Below are positions 49,581-62,105 of a stretch of DNA of 64,000 bases, piece after piece (the stretch's first letter is position 1; every line of letters begins with the position of its first letter). The DNA is taken from NCBI RefSeq assembly GCF_030144855.1, contig NW_026781490.1, positions 124,001-188,000 on the forward strand. The letters are read 5' to 3'. The DNA comes from Hypanus sabinus. Lineage: Eukaryota. A program made the translations under genes and the position numbers. The notes under the pieces were generated by a model. It was not told where the DNA came from and ran no database searches. It saw only the letters and a program-made list of their open reading frames with translations.

Positions 49581-50636
49581 ATGGCTCACCAGCGAGTTCA
49601 CACTGGGGAGAAGCCATTCACCTGCTCAGAGTGTGGGAAAGGATTTAGGCAGTCATCTACCCTACTGGTACATCAGCGAGTTCACACTGGAGAGAAGCCG
49701 TTCACCTGCTCAGTCTGTGAGAAGGGATTCACTCAGTTAGCTACCCTACAGAGACACCAGCGAGTTCGCCCGGCGGAGAAGCCATTCACCTGTTCAGAAT
49801 GTGGGAAGAGATTTACTCAGTCATCCCACCTGCAGAGTCATCAGCGAGTTCACACTGGGGAGAAGCCGTTCACCTGCTCAGTCTGTGAGAAGGGATTCAC
49901 TCAGTTAGCTACCCTACAGAGACACCAGCGAGTTCACACTGGGAAGAAGCTGTTCACCTGCTCAGTCTGTGAGAAGGGATTCACTCAGTTAGCTACCCTA
50001 CAGAGTCACCAGCGAGTTCACACTGGGGAGAAGCCATTCACCTGTTCAGAATGTGGGAAGAGATTTACTCAGTCATCTAACCTACTGGTACACCAACGAG
50101 TTCACACTGGGGAGAAGCCGTTCACCTGCTCAGAATGTGGGAAAGGATTTACACAGTCATCTACCCTACTGGTACATCAGCGAGTTCACACTGGGGAGAA
50201 GCCGTTCACCTGCTCAGACTGTGAGAAGGGATTCACTCAGTTAGCTACCCTACTGAAACACCAGCGAGTTCACACTGGGGAGAAGCCGTTCACCTGCTCA
50301 GTCTGTGGGAAGGGATTCTCTGACTCTTCCACCCTTCAGATTCATCAGCGAGTTCACACTGGGGAGAGGCCGTTCACCTGCTCCGAATGTGGGAAGGGAT
50401 TCACTCAGTCATCCCACCTACGGAGTCACCAGCGAGTTCACTCCGGGGCAAGGCCATTCACCTGCTCAGTCTGTGGGAAGAGATTCTCTGACTCTTCCAC
50501 CCTTCAGATTCACCAGCGAGTTCACACTGGGGAGAAGCCGTTCACCTGCTCAGTCTGTGGGAAAGGATTCACTCAGACATTCACCCTACAGAAACATCAG
50601 CGAGTTCACACCAGAGAAAGGCCATTCACCTGCTGA
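49581..50636 (+). CDS. ZNF-C: tandem C2H2 zinc-finger protein, about 351 aa, 12 finger repeats (repeat 2 lacks the last His)
   Basis: Regular TGEKP-linked fingers; ATG at 49581 (MAHQRVH); exon acceptor TTTTTACAG at 49168-49169. Confidence 0.9.
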   Translation: MAHQRVHTGEKPFTCSECGKGFRQSSTLLVHQRVHTGEKPFTCSVCEKGFTQLATLQRHQRVRPAEKPFTCSECGKRFTQSSHLQSHQRVHTGEKPFTCSVCEKGFTQLATLQRHQRVHTGKKLFTCSVCEKGFTQLATLQSHQRVHTGEKPFTCSECGKRFTQSSNLLVHQRVHTGEKPFTCSECGKGFTQSSTLLVHQRVHTGEKPFTCSDCEKGFTQLATLLKHQRVHTGEKPFTCSVCGKGFSDSSTLQIHQRVHTGERPFTCSECGKGFTQSSHLRSHQRVHSGARPFTCSVCGKRFSDSSTLQIHQRVHTGEKPFTCSVCGKGFTQTFTLQKHQRVHTRERPFTC

Positions 50637-51362
50637 GAATGTGGGAAAGGATTCACTCAATCATCCCACCTACTGGCACACATGTCAGCTCACAATGGGG
50701 AGTGGCCATTGTTATGAATCTCTAGGTTTTGTTTGCTGTGGAGAGAGAGAGAGATGAAGAAGGCAAATGTGTCTGACTTGCAGCTTGTTTACATCGCGAG
50801 CAGCTTGTTTAGTTTTAACCGAGGACACAGACACTCAGAGACAGATGGAGACATAGGAGGAAAAATGGAAGAATCGAAACCAGGGAACTAGTGGCCAAGG
50901 GTCACTGTTTGTAACTTTCCTTTGCCCACAAGGGTGGGCTAATTATCGATTCACCGTACATCGAATGTGTGGTTATCACCTCATTTAACCCATAGGAGTG
51001 GATCTGATTTGGGATATCCTGTGGAGACCACTTATGTGTTAACCCTTGCCTGGCTGTGGTGTGGTAGTTCACTTGAAGATGATACCCCTTAAGACAAGTC
51101 ACTTCGGATGATAATTAGTATGTAGATTTGGAAGGATGACAGATAAAATCTACAGTGACTGTTGGTCTCGTTCAACTACCATGAAACCTGTGGAATACGA
51201 CATAATGGCCTTCTCTCAACATTTACCCTGTATTACAAATATCTCTCTCTCATCACTTATTCTGTAGTTGAACTGAACTTTCATACTTTACCATCTCAAG
51301 ACTCCAAGCCTTGTTTCCCCCACGCTCAATAGTTTGGGAGTTTTATTTATACACATAACACT

Positions 51363-51930
51363 CATGCGGAATGCAGATGCTGAAATTCAAACAACACACA
51401 CAAAATGCTGGTGGAACACAGCAGGCCAGGCAGTATCTATAAGGAGAAGAAATGTCGACGTTTCAGGCTGAGACCCTTTGTCAGGACTAACTGATAGGAA
51501 AGATACAAAGAGAATTGAAAGTCCTGGAGGGAGGGTGAAATGCAAAATGATAGGAGAAGACTGGAGGTGGTGGGATGAAGCTAAGAGCTGGAAAGGTGAT
51601 GGGTGAACGTGATACAGAGCTCGAGATGGGAAAGGATCTTTGGACAGGAGGCCTCAGGAGAAAGAAAGTTGTGGGGGAAGCACCAGAGAGACATGGAAAA
51701 CAGGCAAACAATTAAGTATGTCAGTGATGGGGTAAGAAGTGGAAGAGGGGCATTAACGGAAGTTAGAGAAGTCAATGTTCATCCCATCAGGTTGGAGGGT
51801 ACCCAGCCGGTATATAAGGTGTTGTTCCTCCAACCTGAGTTTGGATTAATTTTGATAGTAGAGGAGGCCATGGATAGACATATCAGAATGGGAATGGGAA
51901 GTGGAATTAAAATGTGTGGCCACTGGGAGT
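51363..51930 (-). mobile_element. Penelope-like element 3' end (GIY-YIG C-terminus and hammerhead) inserted in the Gypsy LTR
   Basis: Minus translation LPVATHFNSTSHSHSDMSIHGL...RLEEQHLIYRLGTLQPDGMNIDF*; AGTC-CTGACAA-AGGGTCTCAGCCT-GAAACGTC-GAC at 51454-51488. Confidence 0.85.
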
Positions 51931-52499
51931 AGTCTGTTGCTGCTGGTTCGTTTCTAAAGCGTTATGGTTTGTAACAAAATGGGGCCTGCATCTGGGATAT
52001 GAACAAATTTAAGGATTGATTTAATATTGATTTCATTGGATAAATCCCTTTTGATTTATTTGTGTGTGGAAAATCAGCAGCAATGGATGTTGATAGATAT
52101 CTGGAATTGTGAACCTCTCAGGCATTAGAGGACACCAGAAGGATTGAGTTATTGAGTATTGCTAGAACATTAATACTTGCTAAGGTGAAATTGACAATGA
52201 GGAGGGCACAGATGCAGAGGATAATAGCTGAACATTATGTATCTGAGGGAGTGTTTAAAGTGGAGGAGTTGGAGGTGTTTCCTGAAAGTAAACCTCGTGA
52301 GCTTGAGCTCCAGTACAAGTGAGAAAAATTAAAGATAGAGGCTCCGGAAAGGCAGAGGCAATTTCAGGCTGGAGAGGCAGAAAAGCAGAAAGAAAATACT
52401 CTTACTAAGTGTAATTAAGGGGAAGGCTTAGCAAGCCTATTCTGCTTTGACAGTTGCTGAAGCAGCTTATTATTTATTTATTTATGCTGCCCCAATCAT

Positions 52500-52640
52500 C
52501 GCCACTGGACTATAAATGTGCAGGAGCTGTGTGTGGTTCAGTGCTTTGCTCAAGGACACACAAGCTGCCTCGGCTGAGGCTTGAACTCATGACTTTCAGA
52601 TCGCTAGTTCAACACCTTAACCACATGGTCACACACCACA
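52500..52640 (-). mobile_element. tRNA-derived SINE head inside Gypsy gag
   Basis: Minus strand TGACCATGTGGTTAAGG...GAGTTCAAGCC...TGTGTCCTTGAGCAAAGCACTGAACC. Confidence 0.7.
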
Positions 52641-54356
52641 CATTTTGACCTAGTGAAACAGGCTGTGCTCAAAGCTTGTGAGTTGGTCCCAGAAGCAGAC
52701 AGGCAAAAGTTTAGAAACTTGAAGAAATCTGTGAACCAGACATACAGAATTTGCTTATGAGAAATTTGTGTGTTTTGACCGCTGGTGCACATCTGAACAT
52801 GTAAATGAAGTTTACATGTTAAAACATGTAACAGCTTGAAAGAGTTGGTTTTAATTGAAGAATTCAGAAGGTGTGTCCCTGATGACAGAAAGACGTATTT
52901 AGATGGAAATGATGCTGCCACTATGCAGGAATCTGCTGGATTAGCAGATCTGTTTGCTTTAACTCATAAAGTTATGTTTACCCTGAATAAGAGTTTCCAA
53001 AAGGCACTTGACAAGTTGTGGGTAAACCTAATGAGCTCACCCCAGTGGCCTGTACCTGCATTCGGTGAACCCTTTTCCAAAGTTATAGTGGATTGTGTTG
53101 GCCCATTGCCAAAGATCAAAGCTGGCCATCAGTATCTGCTAACTATATGTGTACTGCATCCAGATTCCCAGAGGCAATACCTCTCAGAAATATTAAAGCT
53201 AAAACTGTGGCGAAGGCTCTTACCAAGATTTTCACTTTATTCGATTTGTCTAAAGAAATACAGTCTGATCAAGGATGTAATTTTACATCTGGATTATTCC
53301 AGCAGGTAGTTTCTGAACTGGGAACAAAACAAATTGCATCATCTGCGTACCATACAGAATCACAAGGGGCTTTAGAAAGATTTCATTCTACCTCAAAACA
53401 ATGATTAAGACATATTGTGTTGAAAATGGAAAAGACTGGGATGAAAGAATACATTTGCTTTTGTCCACAGAAATAGAGTCAGTACAGGAATCGCTGGGCT
53501 TTACTCCTTTTGAACTTGTATGGTAGCAGTGTGCCCTTTGACCTTGTTAAAGGAACAGTGGATTGATGGGGATGTACATGTTAACTCGTTAGACTATGTT
53601 TTGAAGTTCAAAAATAAACTACACCCAACCTGTAGTCTAGTGAGACAAAACTTAAAGATTTCTCAAAACAAAATGAAGTGTTGGTTTGATAAGCAGGCTC
53701 GCGAAAGCAGGCCATGTACACAAAAAAAATTCATAACCTGGACATTCTTGCTGCAAACCCGCTTCCACATTGGCGGAGAGATACAAAAGCCTTAAAGTGC
53801 GTAACACCCGGCTGAAGGATGGATGCCTGTCTGCAGTTATAAGTCAAATGAATGATAAAATGGACCCGACCTCACAATGTAACTCGACTTGACCCTGCAC
53901 CATATGTCTATCTGCACTGCACTTTCTCTGCAGTCATAATGCTTTGTTACAGTGATTATTTTGTTGTATATCAGCTCAATGTACTGTCGTAATGTATCAA
54001 TCTGTGTGGATGGTACATCAGGCAAGATTTTCACTGTAGCTCAGTACATGATGATAATAAACAAATTCCCCATTTTAATTGTGTGGAAATATTAGGCAGA
54101 CTGAGCTTCTGCTCTGGAACCACAGAAGGAAACAGAACTGTTGTCATTTCTGTGGAATGCAAATATATGGAAAAGGCTTCAATCTCACATTACGATCTGT
54201 GGTAACTGGGATCAGGTGACCAGTGGTGGGACTCCCATATCAATATCAGAATCAAGTTTAATAGCACCGGCATATGTCATGAAATTTGTTGTTGCTGTGG
54301 TAGTAGTAGAAACTAATTCATAACAATAGCTTTTAACAATTGTGATTTTTAAAGAA

Positions 54357-54357
<1 letters not shown>

Positions 54358-54391
<34 letters not shown>

Positions 54392-54404
54392 CTATATATA
54401 TATA
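54358..54404. repeat. (TA)n microsatellite
   Basis: Seen directly. Confidence 0.95.
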
Positions 54405-55989
54405 GTACAAAAATAGAGAAAAAATAATAAGCTATTTTAATTGTGTGGAGCAGTTTGACTGACTGGGTGTTGCTTTGGAAATTCTGAAGTGAAGCTGAAC
54501 TAAACTTTACACATTTATGAGAAGCTCAGAGAAATAGAAAAGGCTAAATTCTCACATAAGTGGGTCAGACACCCAGGACCGTCGGCTGCACTTCAGCACC
54601 ACAAAACAGTGGAATGAAACATGCAGAAAGTATTGCAGAGAAAAAAATACATTGTCCACCCACAACGAGAGGACGTGACAGATCTGGATCTCACTGACTT
54701 GTCTGAACGGGTGAAAGGTGAAGCTACACATACACGTAGAGCAGTGACCCGCAGATGCTGCAGATCTGCAGAAAAACGTGAACAGGAAACGGAATCAGGT
54801 GACGGGTGGAGGGTCTCCCTCCTGAACCGGTGACTCTGCTCCTCGCCCCTCATACACTGCCCGACCCATTCAGCGCATTCCCCACATTATTCCATATTTA
54901 CCCCAGATACATGATTATTTTTCCACACCATATCTTCCCCGATCTCTTTCCCTCCACCTCTAGGTCACAGAGTCACCGGCTCAATTCCCATCCAGGTCCA
55001 AAACATAATTCAGACCCAAACAGGAAATGTTCACGTTTCATTTAAATCACTTAATTTTTATTCACATTCCTCCGGAACCTTGCTGGACAGGAACACTGAA
55101 ACATCAAGTGAGAAACAGCAGGAGGCCATTCAGCCCCTCTAACCATCAGCAAGATGGCGTCTGCTCTCCCATCTCAGCCACATGTTTCTGCCCAGTCCTC
55201 ATTTCCTCTATCCCTTCGGTCTCCACACATTTGCCGCCCTCTGTTTTACGTGGGGACGATCACTGAGTTTTCACCGCCCTCTGTGGAGGGGTTTTACAGA
55301 CATTTACCACCGTCGGAATGGAGACATTTCCCCTCATTTCAGTCCTGGATAGTCCATTCCTGTTTCAGAGACTGGGATCCCTGGTTCAACCGGCAATGAT
55401 GTTGTGCATTTCAATGTGTTCACCTCTCAGTCCTCGATTAACCAAATGAAAGGGTTATCGCATTTGATATTTCTCCATATGATGACCACACCACTCCAGG
55501 GATCAGTCAGGTGAATCTTCATTGCACTCTCTATAACAAATACCACCTCCCCACCTCCCCCCTCAGCTGGATCCACCTCTCACTCCCCAGCTCTTGCCCC
55601 ATCCCCACCCCTCACCTCTTTTCTCTGATTATTTCCCGTCCACTCTCAGTCCAGAGGGAGGGTCTTGGCCCGAAATGTTGACGGTCCATTTCCTTCCACA
55701 GATGCTGCCCGACCCGCTGAGTTCCTCCGGTAGTTTGTTCTTCGGTCTGTATAACCCGTGTTAGTATGGGGAGAGGGATTTTACACCATATTCCAGGTAC
55801 AATCTCAACAAAGCACAAATAATTGTCACTTTGCCCGGACCATCGGCCCCGCTTGCAGGGCAACAGTCTGCCGGTGTTTGCCCCCAATGTGGTGAATCCC
55901 TCTGCTCGACACCACCGTGGGCTCAGACATTTCCACAGATGAGCCCCTCCTGTTCCCACCGGGACAAACATCCTGTCCGCCCCCTCTCT

Positions 55990-56700
55990 CACCATCTTCA
56001 TCCTTTCAATAAAATCCCTCCCCGGGGAACCGGCATCGAACCGACGGGCCGAATGGTCTCCTCCTCATCAGACTCCGGCCGCAGGAGACGCCCCAACTTC
56101 CCTCGGAGGGAAATGGAAATAAATCAGAAAGCGGACATTTACTTTGAGGTTTTCTCCGCTCTGATGAGGCGGTCGGCGCTTGAGCGGGAGACGAACCCAG
56201 CGGGGTAACGCCCACTCGGCCTGTCCGCCTCCGCGACTGGGTATAATCAGTGATTGACATCGCTTCCCACGAATTGGTATAGCGCAGATCCTGAATCCTG
56301 CGTTGACAGCGGTGGGGGGGGGGGGCGGGGGGGGAGGAATGGGGCTGGTCACGTGATCATTAGCCCAGCCGTTAAACCGATAAAGGTCGAGCGCAGCAGC
56401 GCGTGTGTGACGTCAGGCGCGTGGGGTGAGAAGCTGTGTGACGTCACCTGTGGGAGAGCGCTGGCATTTAAAAGCACCTTAATGGACTTTTCAGTGGGAC
56501 AACAACATTAATCGCGGGTTTCATCACTGAATCCAGTGTTGTGGGATGGAAAGTCCCCTGTTATGTGTCCGGCTGTGCCGTGTTGTTGGTAGAGTGGGCA
56601 GCGTGGTGTTTGTCTCGATTCGGGTCAGAACACCAGAATTGCCAGCGGGGTCCACACACAGTGTATTAGTCAACAGAAAACCTCTCGTCCCCGCAGTCTT
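55990..56700. promoter_or_regulatory. CpG-island-like promoter
   Basis: CpG-rich; GC box, GGTCACGTGATC (about 56347), two TGACGTCA (about 56408 and 56438), ATTGG. Confidence 0.6.
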
Positions 56701-57271
56701 TGTCTCCTGGTAAACTCAACACCCTGACAGTGTGGACCATAGATACCCCTTCCTCTCAGAGTCAGGGAATCATCCAGACAGCTGATCGCTGAGAGGAATT
56801 ATATTTATTGGTCATTAAAGTTCACCCAGATTCGTTTGGACGGATTTGATGTGGAGTTCGGGGTGTCACAGTGAAAGGGCCGAACGACCGAACTCTCTCC
56901 GTTGTCCAAACATCCTTCCAGGTGAGGCGACACTTCACCTGTTAGTCTTCCGGGGTCGCCCGTTGTGTCCGCTGCTCCCGATGCGGCCGCCTCTACACTG
57001 GTGACACCGGCTCCTCCGCAGTTGTGCCGGGTAGGAGTGTTTATTTTCGGGGGTGTTGATGTTATTGTTCCCTTTTGTACGGGAGTGGGGGAGTTTTGAG
57101 GGTTGATGATCGGGATGCCGTTAGTTCTTATGCTGGGGTTGGTGTGGAAATTTCATTTTTCTCTGTGAACGACATTTGTTTCGTGGCTCTCTGGAGAAGT
57201 AAAAAATTCAGTGTTGTTTATGGATACCTGCTTTGCTAATAAATTAACCTTTGAACTATCCGCTCCGAGCG

Positions 57272-57400
57272 GGACTTCCCGGTGTCCAAACATTTTAATT
57301 CCGATTCCCATTCCCATTCCGACGTGTGAAACATTGCCTCCTCTTGTGCCAAGATGAGGCCACCCTCAGGGTCCAGGATCAGTCCCTATATTCTATCCGA
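57272..57400 (+). mobile_element. Penelope GIY-YIG C-terminal fragment
   Basis: FPVSKHFNSDSHSHSD...LLLCQDEATLRVQDQ, homologous to the minus-strand translation of about 51800-51930. Confidence 0.65.
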
Positions 57401-57883
57401 GTATCCCCCCCCCCCCACCCGCCAACCCGTTTGCGCTGCATGGACCTCCGGCCACCGGCGGCGATGTGCAGACCTCCGCATCTGTTGTTGGCGGTTCTCC
57501 CATTCGGGCGACGATAATTATTGGCTGATCCCGAGATTGTGTAAATCGAGGCCGGTTGCATTGAGAAAGGACCGGGCCTGAGCTCTGCCGGACGGCTGGA
57601 GCAGTGGTGCAGTGCCATTTTTTTAGGTGCTGGAGCTGTACCAGGTGTGATTGATAAATTCGTGTCCTAAGTTAGAAGGACTAAAGTTATACAGCTCTCG
57701 GAACCTGCACGTGCAGTTCAACTCTTTGAGTGATTCAGAAGAGAGTTTGAAGGTAATAACTTTTGTGGTATTTCTGTTTCAGATAATTGAAAATTGCTAG
57801 GTTTTCTAAAATTGACTCCTTCCACCTTAGGCCACGGACTTAACCCCTCGTATGTCGCACCCAATTTGTGTACCCGCTCATTA

Positions 57884-57885
<2 letters not shown>

Positions 57886-57922
<37 letters not shown>

Positions 57923-57972
57923 ACGTATGTGTGTGTATATATATATATCTGTATGTATGTGTGTGTATGTAT
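57886..57972. repeat. (TG)n/(TA)n compound microsatellite
   Basis: Seen directly. Confidence 0.95.
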
Positions 57973-58929
57973 AAAATAGGGCTTCTTATAATGTCAAGCT
58001 GTAAAGCAAGATGAAAGAAATATATGAATTCCAGAGCTCCACAGAAATATAGTGATAGTTAAGACATTAACAAGATTATAGCCTATCACTACATTTCAGT
58101 GTATAACTGGTACAATAACACATATACTACTTAATTTAATAATATGACGAAGTATTTCATGGTTGCACTCACTAATTATCATAAAATATAAATATCAAGC
58201 AGGTAAAGGAACGTTTTTGCTTAGAAGCCATAGGGTTGCTAGTGAGAAAATTTTACTTTTCAATCAGCGAGTTCACTGTCAATGCATCGGATGACAGTAT
58301 TGATGGCCCGCTGGGGAAATTTACAAATGAATTCGAATATTGAAAGGACTGGATAGAGAGGTCGTGGAGAGCTATACTATCTGGCTATCAGATTATTATT
58401 ATACAACTTAAATATACAATCGATAGGCTTGTTCCCCAGCTTGGGATTCTAAATTGGAGAATGGTGCTTTATTCACAAAATTGTCACAGTCCACAGTGAC
58501 TGTGCACGGATCCCAGCAATGGAACCCGCCACTACAGCCCCACAGTGCACTATGTACTGATTGCAAAGCTACGAAATTTCACGTGAATAGCCTCCCCTCC
58601 CCCAACTGCTCTCTTTCTGCTTCACCAAAGACTAGGACATCTCACATCTCGCTGCCTCCGCCAGGACATTAAAATGTGAACAACTGTGGTCAGGGACTGA
58701 TCTCTGGGGTACTCCAAACGCTACCTCCTTCCAGTCTGAAAACGACCCACTCATCCAGCCACACACTACCGGCAGTTTATCGATCTCAACGAAAAAGCCT
58801 AATCACCTACTCCCGATGATCAATACCATTGCTGACTCTGAGATTACAACCGTCAAATACCAGGAGGGACATAATAATCAGAAAGTCTCCAGTCACAGCC
58901 GTGTAAATAAAATGTGATCTCAGTCAGTG

Positions 58930-59830
58930 TGTGGCGCATGCTCAGAACGCGAAGGAGACAGACAAACTGAGCCAAGTCACAGACTGATGAAGGGGAGGAA
59001 TGATCCATTTTGACACAGAGAGGGAAGCGGAGAGTTTGATATTGTGCCTGATGCAGGAACTGTCGCCAGTTAGAAGATGATGTTTTGTTCCTCCAAATTG
59101 TGTTGAGCTGTGACGGTGTTTTTATCAGTAGGCACCATGGAGACTAAAATAATTTCAGTTGAAGTGTTGTCCTTCACCCACTGACGTGCTTTATAAACCT
59201 TTAACAGTGTAGAAAATTCAAAGGATTTGTGTATGGGAATCACAAACACAACAGCACGTTAGATCCGCTGTATCTGTTAGTTCACCAGAGCTTGAACACA
59301 AAGTACACTGCAGGTGCTGTGGGCAAAGCAACAGGTACAAAATGCTGGAGGAACCCAGCAGGCTGGGCAGCATCCGTGGAAACGAACAGTGAACATTTCG
59401 GGCCGAGACTGAAAACCGTGACCTACAGTTTTGTACTGGGAAACGGCCGTTCACTTGCTCCGTGTGTGCGAAGAGACTCATTCAGTTAACCCACCTTGTG
59501 ATGCTCCGGTGAGTTCACAATAAATAGAGGCCACATTTCTGTCCGGAGTGAGCAAAGAGTTTTACTCAATCATCCCAGCTGCTGCAGCAGCAGCAACTTC
59601 ACATCAGGGAGGAAGTCCAAATCAGCTCTGTGTTAAATGTTTAACCATCACGGTGACTGAAGGCAGCTGCGGGTTCATGAGGGACTGTTACTGTCAGATT
59701 CTGCAGTTCTTGCGGCTACTCATCACACCCAGGACTGAACCCTGGTCACTGAGCATTGGAGGAGTCTGTTCTGCTGATGTTAGCCATAAATTTGACTGGT
59801 GTTTAATATTTTGGATCTGTGAAAGATAAA
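58930..59830 (+). pseudogene. Finger-less ZNF relic 2
   Basis: Direct paralog of 40430-41400; acceptor at 59207; finger stub near 59444; Penelope fragment at about 59290-59415. Confidence 0.7.
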
Positions 59831-61194
59831 TCCAATCTGTATCAAATCCCATGTCGCAGGTACTTACTGTCACTGCCAAACTCACAATGTACACTAGAGA
59901 GGCCATTCAGTCTATCTTGTCCCTGCCCAGTTTTCTTTTCCATATCAGTGTTTTAAAACTTATCTCTCACTATCCCCGTTGCAACTTGTCACCACTCTGT
60001 GGGAGAAGAGACTTTGCTTGAATTTCATAGAATCAGAGAAATCTGCAGCAAAGTACAGGCCCTTCGGCCCACAATGTTTTTCTGACCATGTAACCTACTC
60101 TAGAAAATGCCTAGAATTACACTACCACAGGACCCTCTATTTCCCTAAGCTCCATGTACCTCTCTAAGATTCTCTTAAAAGATTCTATTGTACCCGTCTC
60201 TACCACCATCGCTGACAGTGCAGTCCACACACCCACCACTATCTGTATAAAAAATATATATCTCTGACATCTCCCTTGAACTACTTCCAAGCACCTTAAC
60301 CATGCCCCCTACGTGTTCGCCATCTCAGCCCTGGGGAAAAAGCCTCTGACTTTTCACACGATCAATGCCTCTCATCATCTTATACACCTGCATGAATTTC
60401 CTACATGATTTTCCCCAGACTAATTAACATGATGAGCTCGCTGAGTATTTGACCTTCCCCAGCGCTCTGGACTAAGGTGGTTAAACTCCTTTTTCCCTGC
60501 TCTTTTCAAGCTTTGTGTCATTTCCACTAATTTCAAAGGACTGTGCCTCAGACAGCTGGGTTGTTGCAATGCGCTTCTAAAGCCTGACAGCAGACTGGCG
60601 AGTGAATCTTCGATGGAGCAGAGTCAGAAAACAAAGAGTTACCAGCACCAATCAGGGCTTTGGGGCTCCGGAAAGAGATGGGGTCTGGAGGTTACGAGCA
60701 GGAGGAGGAAGAGGAACCAGACCAGCAGGATGTGGCTGTGAATGAAAGATGAGAAACATTTGGAAACTGGTTAATTGAAAAACAAAATGGTTAATTTCTA
60801 CAAAACATTGCAGGTAATCAGCAGATCAGGCAGCAAATGTGGAGACGAATAAATGGGCAGCATTTAAGCCGAGCCCTTTCAGCATGTCTAGACTGTGTAC
60901 TCCTCTGCTTAGTTGCTGCCTGAACTGCAGAGCTCCTTCAGCATTTTGTGTGTGTGCGTCTCTGTATTTCCAGCAACTGCAGATTCACTTTTGTTTCTCA
61001 TCTGCATTTGTATAAGGATTGTACTTTTGCATTAGATACACGAAATGCCTGTTGATATTGAGTGTATCGTTTATGGGAGCCGCTTTCTGCGTTAAGAAAG
61101 CTGCTGAGTTTTCTACACACAAAAAAAACCTGTGATATGGACATGGAACCTGTGCTTGCAGAAATTTTTAATGGCACCATGATTACCCATAAAG

Positions 61195-61321
61195 CCGCGC
61201 GTTTAACATTGCGTTGTCGTTTGCAGCACCAATCAAATGCGCAGGCGCAGGGTTGCTGCCGTCTCCGATAACTACGCATGCGCTTAGAATACAAAATGTA
61301 TGGAGGATCGAGAAGGTAAGG
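61195..61321 (+). promoter_or_regulatory. Paralog of the ZNF-C promoter and exon 1
   Basis: CCAAT, ATGCGCAGGCGCA, ACGCATGCGC, donor AAG/GTAAGG at 61316. Confidence 0.55.
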
Positions 61322-62105
61322 ACTTTTTCGACTCTAATTGAGTGACAATTGCTGTGGGAACCGGAGACTGTGGCCCGCAAACTCGGCACAGGCAGGTCTT
61401 TTCCTTCTCTCTCAGCCCCACGATCCGTACACGGGCCCCGGGGAGCTTCCGGGTAATCAGGGAATGGGAACAGATAGATCTCACAGACGGAGCTGAGCTC
61501 CAGCTATCTGAATGCAAGGATTAAGAACTGGGAAAAAGTGAACAAAATCTTTCTATCAGCTGTCGAGAAAATCTGCAGCTGCTGGAAATCCAAGCAACAC
61601 ACACAGAATGCCGGAGGAACTCAGCTTTTGTACTCTTTTCCATAGGTGCCGCCCGGCCTGCTGAGTTCCTCCTGCATTTTGTGTGTGTTGCTTGTTCTGC
61701 CTGCTCTTGTTCTGGAGTTTTCTACACGTGAGGATATGTTTTTACCCATTCTCTTGCTCTGGACTGTTCTATCGGTGAGAACATGTTTTGACCCATTCTC
61801 TCTGGGTACATAATGATATCAAAACAACTGTGCCCTGGGCAACAAGTAGCTTTCACATCACAAATGTGCCAGACTCCAATGAGACAGACTACTGTCCTTC
61901 CCTTCATATTCACTGGGATTATCATCACCGTCAGTCACCTGAGGGAGGGTTCAGGGGAAATATTTATGTACAATAGAGAAACTGGTGATACCTGTGTGTA
62001 TTGTGGTGATGCAAAAGTTGCTGGATAATTTGCAAATGGGAAGAAGGGGAGTGATATTTGGAAGTCTGATTTTTTTAAAGCATCATTCAACAAGAAAATT
62101 GCATA

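Larger units (their letters stand above)
50710..53710 (+). mobile_element. 3'-truncated Gmr1-like Gypsy: 5' LTR (50710-51976), PBS, gag with SCAN-like capsid region, integrase
   Basis: TGTTATGA...TGTAACA; PBS TGGGGCCTGCATCTGGGAT (tRNA-Pro-like, 51980); gag ATG near 52083; ELVPEADRQKFR...LKELVLIEEF...LAD; integrase EPFSKVIVDCVGPLP...SDQGCNF...YHTESQGALERFH. Confidence 0.88.

Noticed and set aside
60465-60740. Possible minus-strand exon (TTCACAG acceptor near 60737) from a bidirectional promoter
   Set aside because: The acceptor is not conserved in the paralog near 43655, all three frames close early, and the donor differs between copies.
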